NCBI GenBank assembly: GCA_964642015.1 | Contig: CAZXLF010000004.1 | Span: forward strand, 115,001 to 179,000 | DNA: 64,000 nucleotides | Reading direction: 5' to 3' | From: an uncultured Planctomycetia bacterium | Lineage (GTDB): Bacteria; Omnitrophota; Gorgyraeia; 2-02-FULL-51-18 | Part shown: piece after piece, positions 37,833-47,387 of the stretch | Position numbering within the stretch: position 1 is the stretch's first letter | Layout of the letters: each line of letters starts with the position of its first letter | Position numbers and translations under genes: made by a program | Notes under the pieces: generated by a model | Databases searched by the model: none | Told to the model about the DNA's origin: nothing | The model's input: only the letters and a program-made list of their open reading frames with translations

Positions 37833-37924
37833 TGATTTGGGTGATCCATTATTATATCAAATAAAAAGAGGTTGCGCGAAACCCTTCTTCCGCACAACCT
37901 CTAAAACATCTGTGGATCGGATAA

Positions 37925-38320
37925 TTACTGCTTTAAAACGCCTTTGAACCACGAATCGGTGGATTTGCCGTTCTCCTGGGAAATAAAAGTCCCCTCTATC
38001 TTGTCGCCTATCACCGCACCTTTCCAATCCATCTTTCCACCTGCAGCGTTGGTTATCTGGCTTTCAAAATTCACTGTTTTGCCCTGCGCCGTTGTCTGAT
38101 AATCTCCGCTGCCATAACCAAAGGTACTGCAAAGAGCCGAAACAAACTTCCCGTCCTTAAACACAAAATCATCCTTAGTGCCGGCAGCCTCACCTTTGTT
38201 GCCGAATTCTCCGGTAAAAATCTTACCATCCAAACTACCGGCGGCTGAAACCGGTCCGCACAACAGAATAAAAAAAGATATCACTAAAAACGATGGAAAC
38301 CATACTCTGGTCAATTTCAT
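37925..38320 (-). CDS. hypothetical secreted protein
   Basis: 131 aa. Signal peptide. Gly/Lys-rich and beta-rich. No family recognised. Confidence 0.4.
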   Translation of the reverse strand: MKLTRVWFPSFLVISFFILLCGPVSAAGSLDGKIFTGEFGNKGEAAGTKDDFVFKDGKFVSALCSTFGYGSGDYQTTAQGKTVNFESQITNAAGGKMDWKGAVIGDKIEGTFISQENGKSTDSWFKGVLKQ

Positions 38321-38351
38321 TTTAATTCCCTCATTTATAATTTTATCTGGC

Positions 38352-39113
38352 TTACTCCCAAACTTCCTCTTCCGATATCACATTGCCGTCGGAATCATAT
38401 TTACGAATGATCTTTTTCTTGGGCTGAGACGTCGTTGAACTACTCTGGTTCACATAACCCTGATTCTGATTTGAATATTGAGCAGGATACTGCTGATACT
38501 GCGGTGGTGGTGGCGCTTGCTGAACATACACCGTCTGAGGTCTCTGAGGTTGAGACGGCGTCGTCAGCGTATCTAATAAAGCGCCGCCGATCACATTGGT
38601 CCCCGCGCCGATCAATGCACCTTTTCCGGCATTTCCCCCGGATGCGCCGGCTGCAATAGCACCCGTGCCCGCACCGAGCAGACCTTGCTTCAATATTTTT
38701 TTATTGGGATCTTCTTGAGGAGGAGGTTCATAAGCAGGCGCTTGCTGGACATAGACCGGTTGAGACTCTGCAGGATAATAACCTCCTTGTTGAGGCGCAG
38801 AGTAAGATTGAACATACTGTGGTTGCTGCTGAACATAAACCACTTGCTGAGGTTGTTGTTGCGGCTGAGAAGGCCCGGTCAAAGTATCCAAAAGCGCACC
38901 TCCAATGATATTGGTCCCCGCGCCGATCAAGGCTCCTTTTCCGGCTTTGCCGCCTGAAGCGCTCGCCGCGATCGCGCCGGTACCTGCGCCGAGCAAGCCT
39001 TGTTTCAAAATATTTCTCGAACTGTCATCATCAGCATGCACTTTAGGCATTGACCATAAAACCGTCATTGCAGCAACAATTAAAACGATACTTGGATTTT
39101 TTATTGATCTCAT
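38352..39113 (-). CDS. secreted glycine-zipper protein with internal tandem duplication
   Basis: 253 aa. ILKQGLLGAGTGAIAA(S/G)ASGG(K/N)AGKGALIGAGTN(I/V)IGGALLDTLT occurs twice, each copy followed by a Q/P/Y-rich linker. Confidence 0.55.
   Translation of the reverse strand: MRSIKNPSIVLIVAAMTVLWSMPKVHADDDSSRNILKQGLLGAGTGAIAASASGGKAGKGALIGAGTNIIGGALLDTLTGPSQPQQQPQQVVYVQQQPQYVQSYSAPQQGGYYPAESQPVYVQQAPAYEPPPQEDPNKKILKQGLLGAGTGAIAAGASGGNAGKGALIGAGTNVIGGALLDTLTTPSQPQRPQTVYVQQAPPPPQYQQYPAQYSNQNQGYVNQSSSTTSQPKKKIIRKYDSDGNVISEEEVWE
38440..39020. repeat. ~315-bp tandem duplication inside the glycine-zipper gene
   Basis: The DNA segment 38569-38703 is ~85% identical to 38884-39018. The flanking Q/P-rich coding linkers are also duplicated. 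Confidence 0.6.
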
Positions 39114-39146
39114 TGCTTTGCTCCTTCAAGTCCTTTCATTTGTTTC

Positions 39147-39413
39147 TCAACCAACCTTAACTTCGACCGTATCAGCCACATTGCTTCCCGGTTTCAGGGA
39201 CGCTTTCACGACAGTGCCGTTCTGCAACGTTGCAATGATCTTCGGATGAACGATGACGGCTTTGTCGGTCCCCGTTTCTTTATTCTTCACAACGATCTCA
39301 TTCTTGGTCTTATCGATAGATTCTATCGGTCCTTGGACCACTTCGGCATAGCTTGAAACAGCAAGTCCTGCGAATATCAATACCGCAAAAATCGAAGATG
39401 TTATTTTCTTCAT
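39147..39413 (-). CDS. hypothetical small secreted protein
   Basis: 88 aa. Signal peptide plus a small beta-rich domain (…VVKNKETGTDKAVIVHPKIIATLQNGTVVKASLKPGSNV…). Confidence 0.45.
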   Translation of the reverse strand: MKKITSSIFAVLIFAGLAVSSYAEVVQGPIESIDKTKNEIVVKNKETGTDKAVIVHPKIIATLQNGTVVKASLKPGSNVADTVEVKVG

Positions 39414-39495
39414 TTCTATTCTCCTTCCGCTAGATCAAACTTTGATTATACTCAAATTTTACATTACACAACATAACAAAAAGATTAATTTAAAA

Positions 39496-41289
39496 TTACA
39501 AATCATTCATCTGGGACCACTTTTTCAGAGCGTTGAAGAATATGAAGAGCGTGCTGCCGACCATCACACAGATCAACGCCACATTCAGATGGACAATGAA
39601 CGCGGTTGCGGATTTGGGCCAATAATGTTTTAGGATCATTTCTGAAGCGGCTGTCACTGTGGTCACTGCGACAAAGCTCACCGGCAAAACAGTCGTCCAA
39701 ATATACCGGCTCTTTTTCATCCGGATAAGGATCGTGGTACCGATGATCAGCGCAATAACAGCCAGTAATTGATTGGCGATCCCGAACATCGGCCAGATCG
39801 TGCTGATGCTGGCATTCCATATCAAATATCCCCACGACAACACTACGACAAGGCTCGCCAAAATATTGCCAGGGAGCCAATCTGGTTTTCTAAAGGGCGC
39901 ATAAATTCTTCCCAAAAATTCCTGCAGAATGAAACGTGCTATCCTTGTGCCTGCGTCGATCGTTGTCAGGATAAAAAGCGCCTCGAACATGATCGCAAAA
40001 TGGTACCAATATTTCATCAGACCTTTGAGTCCGGGGATTGCGCTGAAGATCTGTGCCATTCCAACAGCCAAAGTTACGGCGCCGCCGGTACGGCCCGCCA
40101 GATTTTTTTCACCCACCTGTTGCGTTAGCTCGGCCAGATTAACGGGTTGATTTAATCCGCCTCCGAGCGTCTGATAGACAGCCGGCGGTACATTAATCGC
40201 ATAATAATCAGCCGGCTGCAGCGAACAAACCGCGATCAGACACACAACAGCTACAAGGGACTCCAGAAGCATGCAGCCATAGCCGATCGAGCGTGCATGG
40301 CATTCGTTCGAGATCATCTTCGGCGTCGTCCCAGACGAAACTAACGCGTGAAATCCGGATATCGCGCCGCACATGATCGTGATGAAGCAAAATGGCCACA
40401 CTTTTCCCGGTACGATCGGTCCACCGCCGTGAATATACGGCGTGATCGCGGGAAAATGAAGTTTCGGATTCACAAAACAAATACCGGCGATCAGAAAAAA
40501 AATAGTTCCAAGTTTCATGTATGAACTTAAGTAATCACGCGGCGCAAGTAAAAGCCACACAGGCAGTACGGAAGCAAAAAAACCGTAAACCGCGATCGCA
40601 ATAATAATGGCTCGCTTATCCATCAAAAAAAAGTGATTCAGCCAGGAAATATCCGGCACGAACCGCCCGAAGACGACCGCCGCCAAAAGTGCGCCAACCC
40701 CCAAAATACTGGCGATGCGGATCGCTTGATGCGATCCTTTGTTCACCGCAAATACATAAAATCCCATGACCATCGCGATCGGAATGCTCATCGCGATAGT
40801 GAAAGTACCCCAGGAGCTTTCTGCTAATGCGTTGACAACCACAAAGCCAAGACCCGCAAGGGCCACGATCACAATAAAAAGGATCGCCACTGCACAAGCC
40901 AATCCTGTAGATGTATTTATTTCTTCCTTTGCGATCTCCGCAAGCGAGCGACCTTCGCGTCTCGTCGACGCGACCAATATCACGAAATCCTGTACAGCAC
41001 CGCCGAGAACCGCGCCCACCACGATCCAAATCAACCCCGGTAAATAGCCAAACTGCGCTGCCAGCACAGGTCCGATCAACGGGCCCGCACCTGAGATCGC
41101 AGCAAAATGATGTCCAAAAAGGACCCATTTATTCATCGGATAATAATTCTGTTCGTCGCGGTGAGTATAAGCAGGCGTCGTCCGATCTTTGTCCAATACA
41201 AAAACTTTGGCGGCAAGAAATGCGCTGTAATAACGATATCCAAGCGTGAAGATCCCTAATGTCAGGATCATGATAGGCAAGGCAAACAT
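39496..41289 (-). CDS. cstA: carbon starvation protein A (peptide/pyruvate transporter)
   Basis: 597 aa. N-terminus [66 protein letters not shown] is the CstA signature. Confidence 0.9.
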   Translation of the reverse strand: MFALPIMILTLGIFTLGYRYYSAFLAAKVFVLDKDRTTPAYTHRDEQNYYPMNKWVLFGHHFAAISGAGPLIGPVLAAQFGYLPGLIWIVVGAVLGGAVQDFVILVASTRREGRSLAEIAKEEINTSTGLACAVAILFIVIVALAGLGFVVVNALAESSWGTFTIAMSIPIAMVMGFYVFAVNKGSHQAIRIASILGVGALLAAVVFGRFVPDISWLNHFFLMDKRAIIIAIAVYGFFASVLPVWLLLAPRDYLSSYMKLGTIFFLIAGICFVNPKLHFPAITPYIHGGGPIVPGKVWPFCFITIMCGAISGFHALVSSGTTPKMISNECHARSIGYGCMLLESLVAVVCLIAVCSLQPADYYAINVPPAVYQTLGGGLNQPVNLAELTQQVGEKNLAGRTGGAVTLAVGMAQIFSAIPGLKGLMKYWYHFAIMFEALFILTTIDAGTRIARFILQEFLGRIYAPFRKPDWLPGNILASLVVVLSWGYLIWNASISTIWPMFGIANQLLAVIALIIGTTILIRMKKSRYIWTTVLPVSFVAVTTVTAASEMILKHYWPKSATAFIVHLNVALICVMVGSTLFIFFNALKKWSQMNDL

Positions 41290-41303
41290 TATAATATCGG
41301 CTC

Positions 41304-41345
41304 CCTAAAAAAACTCCTGCGACGCACGATATGCGTGGCAGGAGT
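41304..41345 (-). terminator. Rho-independent terminator after the 116-aa secreted-protein gene
   Basis: Minus strand: ACTCCTGC, a 17-nt loop, GCAGGAGT, then TTTTTTT. Located 29 nt after the stop at 41374 and upstream of the cstA start. Confidence 0.55.
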
Positions 41346-41373
41346 CTGTATCAAGACAAAAAACCGTTATAGA

Positions 41374-41724
41374 TCAACTTGTCGTTGTCGGTGATGCCTC
41401 CGGCTTAGCTGTCCTTTTATTATGCTTCTTTCTGTAGATCTTCCGGCTATCTCTATTTTCTTCGTGGTTTAATTTCCTTCTTTCCTTCGGTGTTATTTTC
41501 CCATCTGCCAAAGCCGCTTGTCTATCTGCCTCGAGTTTGTCTTCTCTTTTCTCGAGATTGGCGGATTCTTTAGACGTTAATTGACCTGACTGTATCCCTT
41601 GGTCGATACGATCTTGCTGCCGCTCTTCTCTATTCTGTACTTCACCCGCAAATGCCAATGGAGCCATAGAGATAAGGGCTAAAGACAAAGCCAAACCACT
41701 TACTAATGTAGAACGATTTCTCAT
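41374..41724 (-). CDS. hypothetical secreted, highly charged helical protein
   Basis: 116 aa. Signal peptide (…APLAFA). Glu/Arg/Lys/Gln-rich helical region. Own terminator. Confidence 0.45.
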   Translation of the reverse strand: MRNRSTLVSGLALSLALISMAPLAFAGEVQNREERQQDRIDQGIQSGQLTSKESANLEKREDKLEADRQAALADGKITPKERRKLNHEENRDSRKIYRKKHNKRTAKPEASPTTTS

Positions 41725-41816
41725 TGATCTCTCCTTTTTAAAAAAAGCAATAGATTGTTGTTATTGTACCCTATTAGACGTAAAAAACCAGAAAAGGTTT
41801 AATAGGGAAAACCACA

Positions 41817-42821
41817 TTATGATGCGGGTCTCTTCGATGGGATTGAAGAAAAACCGTCATACGCAATATTGGATAATCCTTCGATCACCTGTTCCAAGTG
41901 TTCAAAGTCTTGTCCTCTTGTCATGATACATATCAGATAAGGATGCTCTGGGAAATAAACAATGCCGCAGTCGTGAAGCTGCACTTCTCGCCCAAGCTCT
42001 CCGCTTTCGCCGAACTTATGGGCAACTACAGTATTTCTTGGAAGACCACCGACGATCCCTTTATTAAATTCGGACTCTGTCAATAATCCTAGCGCCTTCT
42101 CCGAAAGCTCTCTATTCAAATAGGTCGCTCGGTAAAGCATCCTAAAAAAACTTGAATAATCTTTGGCCGATATTTGATAGTCTCCTTGACCTTTTTGTGG
42201 GATTGGCAATTGCAACTGCGCCAAAAGAAGATTCGCAATGCCAAGATCGATGTCTTGGTCATAACCAAGAAGCAATAATGAAATATTATCAGAGTAAACA
42301 ATCATATTATGCACCAATTCATCAACGGTATATTCTTGGCCTAATTGTAATCGAGCTTGAGGCGCATGAACCTGATATCTCGGGCTTTCTATCGGAACAG
42401 CGTACCTGATCTTCTTATGAAGAAGTCCCGGATCGCTTTGTGCTTTGAGGTAAATGGTGAACATCAAGGGTACCTTGCCCAGACTTGCTGATGAATATTT
42501 GGCATCTTCATTTATGCCTACCCAGTTCGCCTTGTTAAAATCCCTCAAATAAACCGAGACTTTGATCGCGCTCCCGTTAGCTATCGACTTCTGGATGTAG
42601 CTCTCCATTTCTTTTTTAATCCCTTCCAGCTGCGTATCACGCGCCTGCTGGAACTCATCTTGTATGATCGGATCGATCAAATGTCCGCCTGCGGGATAAT
42701 AGTGTAATCGGTTTAAAGGTCCGACATTATTGCTTTTTTGGAAATATGGTAAACTGGTGCCAAACCACCCGACGGCAATACCGAGAAGAAAAACAATAAT
42801 AAATAGTAGTATTTTTTTCAT
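41817..42821 (-). CDS. membrane-anchored serine hydrolase of the class-A beta-lactamase family
   Basis: SxxK (SLGK), SDN (IVYSDNISL) and a K(F)G triad-like HKFGESG. Confidence 0.6.
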   Translation of the reverse strand: MKKILLFIIVFLLGIAVGWFGTSLPYFQKSNNVGPLNRLHYYPAGGHLIDPIIQDEFQQARDTQLEGIKKEMESYIQKSIANGSAIKVSVYLRDFNKANWVGINEDAKYSSASLGKVPLMFTIYLKAQSDPGLLHKKIRYAVPIESPRYQVHAPQARLQLGQEYTVDELVHNMIVYSDNISLLLLGYDQDIDLGIANLLLAQLQLPIPQKGQGDYQISAKDYSSFFRMLYRATYLNRELSEKALGLLTESEFNKGIVGGLPRNTVVAHKFGESGELGREVQLHDCGIVYFPEHPYLICIMTRGQDFEHLEQVIEGLSNIAYDGFSSIPSKRPAS

Positions 42822-42975
42822 GTAACCTGCAAAAAGCTATTATTAGACTATAGTCATTGGTACTAAAAAGATACTATCTTATACAGTATTAGACGATTAC
42901 TAACCCTAAAAAGTGTCAATGTATTATTTTAATAATTATATCATAAGTAATTTATTTATTTAAACTTATAAAACA

Positions 42976-44127
42976 TTAAGAACAAAGATTAATAATTCTG
43001 ATGAGACTTCTATATGCTCGACGCGGGGTTGGCTCCTCTTTACATAGCTTAAGAACTGCGAAAAGGATTTCGCGCTTTAGGGATCTTGCAACTTTGGACG
43101 AAGAGGATAACTTATGAAGTTCCGCTGAAAATATACGCTGGTCGATCAAGTTGCCTACTTTATAATATGGGTATTCAACCATTGTCCGAACAATTATTCG
43201 TTCCTCTGCAGAGAACGGACGTGGATCGTCAAGCTCGGCAAGAGCGCGAAGATCGTTCATGGCTTCTTGAACTAAAATCTTGTTCGCCATGATCACAAGA
43301 CGTTGAAGCAGTGCCTGCCGTTTGTTATGGCTGTTCAAGTTATTTGAGGGGAGATACTTTTCCAATGGATACTCCCGGTAAATTCTACGGAAGATAAATT
43401 GATCGTATTCCAACCATTTGGACAGCCGCTGATTGGAAGAGAAACGGTCTTTAAGATTGCCACGTATGCCATCGTGCTGCCGATAATGGAACGTTGCGCT
43501 CCCTGGCACACGGACGCCGGTGAATCGTTCGGCAAGCCTGATAGCCATCTCATAATCTTGCGAACGCAAAAGTCTGGGATCAAACAGGCCGACTGCTTTA
43601 TAACAAGATGTTCGTGCAAATAAAGCCGCTCCGCCTAAAAAATTGTTTTCCAGCAACGGGATCAAAAATCCTCTTTTTTCCAAGTCCGGAATTTTTAACT
43701 CATACAAAACCTTTCCGATCCGATTGTTATTTAGCTCATTGGCTGTAACAAAAAATGTGCTATGGCTGAAACCATGCTGAGGCATTTGTTCCAGCGGCTC
43801 AACAAATCGCTCCAGCGCATCCGAAAGGGCCACATCATCATCGTCAAAGATCCAGAGGTAGTCTCCTTTGACTCTTTCCAAACCATGATTGATCGCGCTC
43901 GGCTTCCCGATCTGGTTCGTTTCAAAATAATCGATACGGTCCATGTAAGGCTCTAAGATATGGCGAGTGCGGTCGGTGGAACCGTCATTGACGACGATCA
44001 CTTGGAACGCCGGAAGCGTCTGGGACAAGATACTGTCCAAACATTCCGCAATATATTCAGCCCGATTAAAAGTCGGAATAAGAACAGTGATCTTAGGGTT
44101 GCTTGACATTTTGGTTTTGACGAACAA
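42976..44127 (-). CDS. family-2 glycosyltransferase
   Basis: VLIPTFNRAEYIAECLDSILSQT…VIVVNDGSTD…IFDDDD are GT-A fold motifs. Confidence 0.75.
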   Translation of the reverse strand: MFVKTKMSSNPKITVLIPTFNRAEYIAECLDSILSQTLPAFQVIVVNDGSTDRTRHILEPYMDRIDYFETNQIGKPSAINHGLERVKGDYLWIFDDDDVALSDALERFVEPLEQMPQHGFSHSTFFVTANELNNNRIGKVLYELKIPDLEKRGFLIPLLENNFLGGAALFARTSCYKAVGLFDPRLLRSQDYEMAIRLAERFTGVRVPGSATFHYRQHDGIRGNLKDRFSSNQRLSKWLEYDQFIFRRIYREYPLEKYLPSNNLNSHNKRQALLQRLVIMANKILVQEAMNDLRALAELDDPRPFSAEERIIVRTMVEYPYYKVGNLIDQRIFSAELHKLSSSSKVARSLKREILFAVLKLCKEEPTPRRAYRSLIRIINLCS

Positions 44128-45031
44128 AACTGCTTCCGATCACAAAAAAGGGATAAAAAAGCTGTCGTAACGGCACAAGAATCGCGCTTTGAAGCGTCGC
44201 TTTCTTTTCAACCGGAAAATCGGTATCTGCAATTCCTGTCGTGGGATATTCATCGGATGTTTCCCATTGCGTACCAAAAAGGCGGTCCCAGAATGAAAAC
44301 ATCACGCCAAAATTTCTATCGTGATGACGTTCTTCAACAGAGTGATGAATTCGGTGTGATTGGGGTGTCACAAAAATATAACGCAAGAAACCCAGGTCAG
44401 ACCTGATATTGGCATGATAAAATCGCGTTTGCCATGTGGCAAATACATTGAACAAAGCAATGGTGGGAACATCCACTCCTAGTGCCATCATCGGGACCAT
44501 CACAATAGGCCGCGAAATGATATATTCAAAAAAATGGAACCGGAAATCGGTGAACAAATTGATCTCATGCTGAGAATGATGTACGGCGTGGATCTGCCAG
44601 AACCACGGCACTTTATGCTTCAACCAGTGCTGAAACCAGGCCAAAAAATCGGCCCCCAATATTCCAATGACGAAAGAAACGGTTTGGGGAAGATATTTGC
44701 TCTGTTTTAATGTCAAAAAACTCAAATGCGCATCATAAAAACTTTTAAACCAGTGAACATACTCATTCACCACGATCGCCACAAAAGACAAGGCCAGCAC
44801 GAGCCAAACGCAATCATGTAAAAAACCTACGCTGAACGTTTTTTGTCTGGGATCAACTGGCCATATTCGTTCCAACAGCAAAATAAACACCACTGCAACA
44901 ATAAAGACAGGGCTTAAAACTGTTTTTTTAAGAATGGCTTCTATGCCATGCGATAAAAGCCATAACATTTGAGAAAGCAAGGTTATTTCACTTTTCTGAA
45001 TAGAACACGAAAAAATACCCATTAAACGCAA
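44093..45031 (-). CDS. sterol-desaturase / fatty-acid-hydroxylase superfamily membrane enzyme (copy 1)
   Basis: Histidine boxes HWLKH, HAVHHS and HRIHHS. 4 TM helices. Confidence 0.75.
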   Translation of the reverse strand: MRLMGIFSCSIQKSEITLLSQMLWLLSHGIEAILKKTVLSPVFIVAVVFILLLERIWPVDPRQKTFSVGFLHDCVWLVLALSFVAIVVNEYVHWFKSFYDAHLSFLTLKQSKYLPQTVSFVIGILGADFLAWFQHWLKHKVPWFWQIHAVHHSQHEINLFTDFRFHFFEYIISRPIVMVPMMALGVDVPTIALFNVFATWQTRFYHANIRSDLGFLRYIFVTPQSHRIHHSVEERHHDRNFGVMFSFWDRLFGTQWETSDEYPTTGIADTDFPVEKKATLQSAILVPLRQLFYPFFVIGSSFVRQNQNVKQP

Positions 45032-45102
45032 GACAAAAATTAGCTAGTTCAAATGTATTCGGAATATTTCGATCCTTTTCGCTTAGTTTATCTCAACAGA
45101 CA

Positions 45103-45987
45103 TCAAAGTCTATTCATCGAGCCTTTGGTTCTAAAATCCCTAGCGATCGCATAAAATGGATAAAAAAGCTGGCGTAATGGCATGATAAATAAATCCAAAA
45201 AACTTGTCTTCCTCTCCAAAGGAAATTGACCGTCTTTAATCCCTGTATCCGGATATTCATTAATAATATCAGACTGCGTATTAAAGATCCTGTCCCAAAA
45301 TGAGAACATGATGCCAAAATTTTTTTCCTGAAATTGACGTTCAAAAGAATGGTGAAGTCTATGCGACTGAGGGGTGACAAAGATATGACGTAAAAAACCC
45401 AAGTTTGATTTAATGTTGGAATGATAAAAACGGACTTGCCATGTTGAAAAGATCCCAAAAGCAATGATATTAGGCATATCGACCGCCAAAATCATCATCG
45501 GAATCAAAACAATGGGTCGTGAAACGATATATTCAATAAAATGAAAACGCTCATTAGTGAACATGTTGAGCTGACGTTGCGAATGGTGGACTGCATGAAA
45601 CTGCCAGAGCCAAGGGACCTTATGCATAAGCCAATGTTTGAACCATTGCAAAAGGTCGGATAAAACCACGCCTATCATGAAGGACACAATTTGAGGCAGA
45701 TGACCTTTCCATGGCACTGTCAAAAAACTAAAATATTTATTATAAAGAAATGTGAAAGCTTTCACATACACGGCCACCACTGTACTTACAAACAGCAGGG
45801 CCATTAGCAACCAGACGCTATCATGAAGAAATCCGATGCTCAATGTTTCCTGTTTGGGGTCGACGGGGAATAAGCGCTCTAAAATCAGGATGATCGTCAC
45901 AGCAATAATAAAAATAGGGCTGTAAACAGTCTCTTGAAGTACAGACGTGATCCCATGAATTAAAAATAGATATAATCGATTATACAT
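45103..45987 (-). CDS. sterol-desaturase / fatty-acid-hydroxylase superfamily membrane enzyme (copy 2, tandem paralog)
   Basis: ~60% identical to copy 1 over the full length, with the same histidine boxes (HWLMH, HAVHHS, HRLHHS). Confidence 0.75.
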   Translation of the reverse strand: MYNRLYLFLIHGITSVLQETVYSPIFIIAVTIILILERLFPVDPKQETLSIGFLHDSVWLLMALLFVSTVVAVYVKAFTFLYNKYFSFLTVPWKGHLPQIVSFMIGVVLSDLLQWFKHWLMHKVPWLWQFHAVHHSQRQLNMFTNERFHFIEYIVSRPIVLIPMMILAVDMPNIIAFGIFSTWQVRFYHSNIKSNLGFLRHIFVTPQSHRLHHSFERQFQEKNFGIMFSFWDRIFNTQSDIINEYPDTGIKDGQFPLERKTSFLDLFIMPLRQLFYPFYAIARDFRTKGSMNRL

Positions 45988-46063
45988 TTATGAATCAATC
46001 TTACCGTGTGAAACGTCTAAATAATACCAAAATTTTATTACATGGAGCGTCCCAAGAATATAT

Positions 46064-47146
46064 TTACAAGATGGGGATGTCCCTTGAGGAAGGATTGTGT
46101 CCGGATCTAACACCTATATTATCGGCTTTATCGCCGTGTGAATCATAGATCTTTCTGGATTCGCTTGATCCCCTGAAGAAGGCATCAACAACATCGGGAT
46201 CAAAATGCTCACCCTTGCCTTGCTCGATAATTCCCATGGACCTTTCCCACGAATAAGCCGTTTTGTAAGGCCGGTTGGAAGTCAAGGCATCAAAAACATC
46301 GACTACCGCAACGATCCTGCCGGCGATCGGTATTTCTTTCCCTTTCCTTCCGAAAGGATATCCTGAACCATTCCATTTTTCATGATGAGATAAGGCGATT
46401 TCGCACCCCATTTTGATCATGCGGGACGTCCCCTTTTGCAAAATGCTAGCACCGATCAAGGTGTGGGTTTTCATGATCGCAAATTCCCCGTTTGTGAGTT
46501 TACCCGGTTTAAGCAATATGCTGTCGGGAATACCGATCTTACCTATATCGTGGACCGGACCGGCTTCTTCAATAGTTTCCATGAATCTTGTGCCAAATCC
46601 CAAGTATCCGGCTATCAAACGACTGTACTGCCCCACACGAACGATATGACGTCCCGTCTGATCATCCCGATATTCGGAAGCCATCAAAAGCCGGTGAACC
46701 ATTTCGTGGTTGGCTTCCGCTAATTTTTGAAATGTATGCCTAAGTCGGCGGGCACGGTACTCCGCGCGATGTTTGGCGGATTTTTGAAATTCTCTGAGTT
46801 TTAATAAATTTCTAACACGGAGCAAAAGTTCTTCGGGCACCAGCGGCTGTGAAACAAACTCATCCACCCCGCTTTCGATCCCTCCAACGACGGATCTTCT
46901 ATCTCCAAAGCCGGTGAGAAAAATTATTGGAACATCCTTTAACCTTTTGACACCTTTTGCCGTTTCAAAACCGATAAGCTTAGACATGATCACATCCATC
47001 AGCACAAGATCAACATCCTTATACTTTACCGCCGAAAGCGTTTCTTCACCATCTGTCGCGGTCAAAACTTCGTAACCTTGCGCATGGAACAGTGATTCCA
47101 GGAAATGTAAGTTGTGGATGTTATCGTCGGCCAATAAAAGTCTCAA
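46064..47146 (-). CDS. response regulator with HD-GYP c-di-GMP phosphodiesterase domain
   Basis: Receiver domain (MRLLLADDN…LVLMDVIM). HD motif HDIGKIGIP. HHEKWNGSGYP (GYP motif). Confidence 0.85.
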   Translation of the reverse strand: MRLLLADDNIHNLHFLESLFHAQGYEVLTATDGEETLSAVKYKDVDLVLMDVIMSKLIGFETAKGVKRLKDVPIIFLTGFGDRRSVVGGIESGVDEFVSQPLVPEELLLRVRNLLKLREFQKSAKHRAEYRARRLRHTFQKLAEANHEMVHRLLMASEYRDDQTGRHIVRVGQYSRLIAGYLGFGTRFMETIEEAGPVHDIGKIGIPDSILLKPGKLTNGEFAIMKTHTLIGASILQKGTSRMIKMGCEIALSHHEKWNGSGYPFGRKGKEIPIAGRIVAVVDVFDALTSNRPYKTAYSWERSMGIIEQGKGEHFDPDVVDAFFRGSSESRKIYDSHGDKADNIGVRSGHNPSSRDIPIL

Positions 47147-47387
47147 AGGAACTCTCTCCCGTGATTGACTTTATTGAGGAACTGTAAAAGAAAAGTTTAT
47201 ATTGAAAGTATCATACTGGCAGCTTTTGTATTTTACTTAAAATAATCGATCTTTACAAGTGCAAAATAACATATAAATGAATAAACTTAATTATGCTTAT
47301 AAGAATACTATTTTTGATAAGAATAATATGCCCTATTGCACCTGTCTAAGGGTTTAAAAGGGGTGGGCGTACGGCATTCTGAGCTTG

